Shown here: positions 46,220-49,402 of the stretch, in pieces
Position numbering within the stretch: the first letter of the stretch is position 1
Layout: each line of letters opens with the position of its first letter
NCBI GenBank assembly: GCA_016235455.1
Contig: JACRKZ010000087.1
Span: 1 to 49,402 of the forward strand
Length of the DNA: 49,402 nucleotides
Reading direction: 5' to 3'
Source of the DNA: Armatimonadota bacterium
GTDB lineage: Bacteria > Armatimonadota > UBA10988
Position numbers and translations under genes: made by a program
The notes under the pieces: generated by a model
Databases searched by the model: none
The model's input: the letters and a program-made list of their open reading frames with translations, nothing else
What the model was told of the DNA's origin: nothing

Positions 46220-46897
46220 TTGGTACGCATCTACGTCTTCGGCGATCGTCAGCCGTTGATCGAAGCCTGCCGATTCTCGTTGGGTCGGCTGGGCTATGTG
46301 TCCTACACGCCACCCGAGGTGATGACCTTCCTGGAAGGCATCTGCGCGCATCGTCCCGACCTCATCGTGGTCGACCTCATCGCCCAAGGCATGGCTGGGC
46401 TGAAGCTCTGTCGCGAGTTGCGCGGCGACCCGCGATTCCGCCAGATCCCCACCATCGTCGTGGCCACGCCGCCGCTGCTCAGCGGCATCGAGCCCGAACT
46501 CGGCTACGATGACTTCCTCGTGGAGCCGTTCACGGCCGAGGAGGTCGAGGCACGAGTCAAGCTGGTCCAGTGGCGGCTGCGCGGCGTCAGCAGCGAAGAC
46601 ATTGTCGAGGTGGGTCCGCTCACCATGCACCTGTCGGCCTATCAGGCGTCGATCGACGGCGAGCCGATGGAGCTGACCCACCTCGAGTTCGAACTGCTCA
46701 AGTTCCTGGCCACCCATCGCGGCGTGGTCTACACCCGCGAGATGCTGCTCAGCCTGGTCTGGGGCGAGGATTACTACGGCGGCACGCGCACGGTCGATGT
46801 GCACGTGCGACGGCTGCGGGCCAAGCTCGGCGAGCAGCACGAGAACCTCATCCAGACCGTGCGCGGCGTGGGCTACCGCTTCGAAGAGGTCGGCTGA
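46220..46897 (+). CDS. GlnR-like OmpR-family response regulator with atypical receiver
   Basis: TTG start after GGAGG. wHTH LT.LEFELLKFLA..VWG.DYYGGTRTVDVHVRRLRAKLG..HE.LI.TVRGVGYRF. The receiver lacks the DD pocket and the conserved Lys (FLVEPF). Confidence 0.85.
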   Translation: MVRIYVFGDRQPLIEACRFSLGRLGYVSYTPPEVMTFLEGICAHRPDLIVVDLIAQGMAGLKLCRELRGDPRFRQIPTIVVATPPLLSGIEPELGYDDFLVEPFTAEEVEARVKLVQWRLRGVSSEDIVEVGPLTMHLSAYQASIDGEPMELTHLEFELLKFLATHRGVVYTREMLLSLVWGEDYYGGTRTVDVHVRRLRAKLGEQHENLIQTVRGVGYRFEEVG

Positions 46898-46927
46898 CGC
46901 CACGCTGCGCCGCCGATGTCCGCGAGG

Positions 46928-48727
46928 CTAGCGGTTCTGATCCTCGAGTTGCCTGCGTAGCGACGGCAGCATCAGGTCGTCGAAGCGCGTGCCATCGGGC
47001 ATCTGGCCGTTGATGAAGTTCAGACCGCAGTCGGGGCAATGCGTCTCGGCCGGGCCATCCACCAGCGCCTGGCAGGCGCCACAGCGCACCTCCCAGCCAC
47101 CGAAGGCCAGCTCCAGCTTGATGCGCTGCGTGACGAATCCCTTGAGGCTCAGCCCGCACAGGCTGCACGTCGGCCGCGCGTCCTTGCGCACCCCATTGCA
47201 GTAGGGGCAGCGCTGGAGCAACTCCACCGCCTGGTCATAGGCATCGACCACGACCGCGCGGCCGGTGGTCAGGTCTACCGCACTCTTGCTCAGGCCCTCA
47301 GGCGGCAGGTCGCGGTAGACGGTGCGGCAGACCGGGCACTCGGCGACGCGCAGTTGCACCGACGCGGCGCAAGTGCCGCAGGCCAGGCCGGGCTTGCCGC
47401 CCGGCTGGCGAATGACCAGCACCTGGCCGTCGGTGTAGCGGAAGATCTTCTCATTGCACTTGACGCAGCGCAACGGATGGGTGATTGGCGTCAGGCAGTT
47501 GGGGCAGGCCGTGATGGGCACCGGCTCGGGGCCATCGGGTCCAGCCGGCAACCACTGCACGATGCGCCGCTCGTGCAGCGCTTCGACCATCTCGCCGGCC
47601 GTGGCGAAGCGGCGGTCGGGACGCTTCTGTAGACACCGGTAGACCACGCCGCGCAGCGCCGCATGGACATCGTCGGGCAGCGGCGCGGGCCGCTCATGCA
47701 CCACAGCGTTGAGCACGCTGCGCACATCGTTGCCAGGGAACGGTCGTCGGCCCGCGGCCAGTTCGTAGAGCACCGCGCCCAGGGCCCACACATCGCTGCG
47801 CAGGTCGCATTCGGCGCCCATGGTCTGCTCGGGTGCCATGTAGGCGGGCGTGCCGATCTGGCGGCCGACGCGGATGATGCCGGCGTCGCGCGGCGGGTCA
47901 AGGTCCTCGAGCCGCGGCGCGCCCTGTTGCTGTGCCAGGCCGAAGTCGGCCAGCACGACCCGGTCGTCGGGGCCGACGAGCATGACGTTGGCGGGCTTGA
48001 GGTCGCGATGAATGATACCGGCCCAGTGCACGGCGCCCACCGCGGCGCACAACTGGAACATGACGCGCTCGATGGAGCGCACGTCGAGGCGGCCGCCGAC
48101 GAGTTTCTCGCGCAGCGTCATGCCGTCGAGCAGCTCCATGGCCAGCCACGGCGCACCATCGTGTTCGCCCGAGCCGTAGGAGCGCACCACATTTGTGTGG
48201 TTGATGGCGGCCAGCACGGCCGCCTCGCGGCGGAACAGCGCGCGCCGATGCTCCTCTTCACGCTGGGTCCAATCGCGGCGACGGCGCAGCACTTTCAGCG
48301 CCACGATGCGGCCGGCGCTATCGCGGGCCTCGTAGACGCGACCCACGGCGCCGCTGCCGAGTTCGGCCACGATGGTCCACGGGCCGAGCTGGTCGCCGGC
48401 GGCGAACTGCTGCTCGGAGCCCGGCTGATGCAGGCGCAGCGTGAGCAGGTAGGAGCCGACCTGGATGCGGTCGCTGATGCGCAGCAGGCGCGCGGCGGTG
48501 ACGCGTTCGCCATTGACCAGCGTGGGCACGACGGTGCCACCGGGGGCCAGAATGACCTGGTCTGAGCGCACGCGCAGCCCGCAGTGAGTGGGTGCGACGG
48601 CGGCGTCGGACAGCACGACCGAGCAACGCGGGCTGCGGCCGACGACCAGATCACCCTCGTGCAGCGGGTAGACTCGGCCCCGCTGAGGGCCCTCGACGAT
48701 CTCCAGTGCGAACTGCGGCTTGCTCAT
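46928..48727 (-). CDS. FHA domain + Ser/Thr protein kinase + C-terminal multi-CxxC (zinc ribbon) protein
   Basis: FHA-like VGRSP.C..THC..VNG; kinase GSGAVG.V, ALK, HRDLKPAN, LADFG, GTPAYMAPEQ; eight CxxC motifs. AGAGGAG RBS before ATG 48727. Confidence 0.88.
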   Translation of the reverse strand: MSKPQFALEIVEGPQRGRVYPLHEGDLVVGRSPRCSVVLSDAAVAPTHCGLRVRSDQVILAPGGTVVPTLVNGERVTAARLLRISDRIQVGSYLLTLRLHQPGSEQQFAAGDQLGPWTIVAELGSGAVGRVYEARDSAGRIVALKVLRRRRDWTQREEEHRRALFRREAAVLAAINHTNVVRSYGSGEHDGAPWLAMELLDGMTLREKLVGGRLDVRSIERVMFQLCAAVGAVHWAGIIHRDLKPANVMLVGPDDRVVLADFGLAQQQGAPRLEDLDPPRDAGIIRVGRQIGTPAYMAPEQTMGAECDLRSDVWALGAVLYELAAGRRPFPGNDVRSVLNAVVHERPAPLPDDVHAALRGVVYRCLQKRPDRRFATAGEMVEALHERRIVQWLPAGPDGPEPVPITACPNCLTPITHPLRCVKCNEKIFRYTDGQVLVIRQPGGKPGLACGTCAASVQLRVAECPVCRTVYRDLPPEGLSKSAVDLTTGRAVVVDAYDQAVELLQRCPYCNGVRKDARPTCSLCGLSLKGFVTQRIKLELAFGGWEVRCGACQALVDGPAETHCPDCGLNFINGQMPDGTRFDDLMLPSLRRQLEDQNR

Positions 48728-48753
48728 CAGGCTAGTCAGTGTCTCCTCTGTGG

Positions 48754-48779
48754 GACGACGCACGCCCGCTGATGTTACA
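48754..48779 (-). promoter_or_regulatory. Possible ECF sigma promoter of the FHA-kinase gene
   Basis: Minus strand TGTAAC, 16 bp, CGTC, matching the AAC/CGT ECF pattern. Confidence 0.5.
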
Positions 48780-48854
48780 CCAGATTCAGGGTCGGTGCAG
48801 TCCACCTGCCTCGGCGTAGCCTTCTCGGTTCACATTGGGGCGGCAGACTCCGGC

Positions 48855-48881
48855 TAAAGGACAGCCGGGACGGTCCGATGT
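48855..48881 (+). promoter_or_regulatory. sigma28 (FliA/SigD) promoter of flagellin
   Basis: TAAA (48855-48858), 15 bp, TCCGATGT (consensus GCCGATAA). Confidence 0.75.
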
Positions 48882-48953
48882 ACCCATAGCAGCCCTTCAA
48901 CGGACGACGTTGGCGGGTACCTAGACAACCTGCAGACGATGAGGAGAACCCAG

Positions 48954-49402
48954 ATGCCATTCAGCATCAGGAACAACGTCGTCGCCATGTTCACCCAGCG
49001 CAGTATGGCCAACACACAGGCTGAGCTGGGCGGGGTCATGGAACGACTATCCAGCGGCTACCGCATCAACAAAGCGGCTGACGACGCGGCCGGACTCGCG
49101 ATTAGCGAGAAGCTGCGCGCTCAAGTGCGAGGCCTGACGCAGGCTTCGCGGAACGCTCAAGACCGAATCAGTGTCATCCAAACGGCTGAGGCTGCGCTCG
49201 GTGAGTCCGGGAGCATCCTGCAGCGCATGCGTGAGTTGTCGGTTCAGGCCGCCAACGACACGCTGACCACCGGCGACCGCGCGAACATCCAAGCGGAAGT
49301 GGACGCGCTGTTGGCCGAGGTGGATCGGTTTGCCGGCGCCACCGAGTTCAACACGATGAAGCTGATCAGCGGTTCGCTGTCCACTTCGTCGATGACGCTG
49401 CA
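48954..49402 (+). CDS. fliC: Flagellin (partial, runs off the window)
   Basis: Manual translation: MPFSIRNNVVAM...MERLSSGYRINKAADDAAGLAISEKLRAQVRGL.QASRNAQD..S.IQTAE.AL..ILQRMREL.VQAANDT...EFN. GAGGAG RBS. Confidence 0.97.
   Translation, partial: MPFSIRNNVVAMFTQRSMANTQAELGGVMERLSSGYRINKAADDAAGLAISEKLRAQVRGLTQASRNAQDRISVIQTAEAALGESGSILQRMRELSVQAANDTLTTGDRANIQAEVDALLAEVDRFAGATEFNTMKLISGSLSTSSMTL

Noticed and set aside
48840-48875. Resemblance of GCAGACTCCGGCTAAAGGACAGCCGGG to part of a c-di-GMP-I riboswitch
   Set aside because: The GGCAAAC/GAAA-tetraloop stem is absent, and the sequence overlaps the sigma28 promoter, upstream of the predicted TSS.

Overview
High-GC (about 70%) bacterial chromosomal window. 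It is most likely from an Armatimonadota-like organism, inferred from two '[30 protein letters not shown]' DUF1559 prepilin-type genes. About 40 genes are supported. Housekeeping genes: fumC (partial), rpoZ-dnaJ, sodA, fhs, thiN, hisA, flagellin (partial). An Actinobacteria-like fhaA-fhaB-rodA-pbpA-pknB cell-wall signalling operon is present without pstP or pknA. There are many secreted or membrane carbohydrate-active proteins (GH36/Sip1-like, SASA esterase, YfhO-like GT-C, GH30, TPR-CE4, GH5/GH148-like), several with degenerate catalytic motifs. Also present: an octaheme HAO-like cytochrome c, a VIT-vWA/UPF0182 divergent pair, and a kinase-less signalling cluster (two CheY-like paralogues, a 53-aa Zn-ribbon ORF missing from the ORF track, a GlnR-like regulator) next to an FHA-Ser/Thr kinase with eight CxxC motifs. 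Non-coding highlights are two copies of a REPIN-like nested palindrome (one a perfect 64-bp palindrome) with compensatory changes, and several sigma70, sigma28 and ECF-type promoters. No rRNA, tRNA, CRISPR array, transposase, integrase or recognisable defence system was seen. No single undescribed system is demonstrated. The best candidates are the variant octaheme locus, the Zn-ribbon/GlnR/receiver/kinase cluster, the REPIN family and the DUF1559-linked glycan locus. All family assignments come from motif recognition by eye, not database searches.
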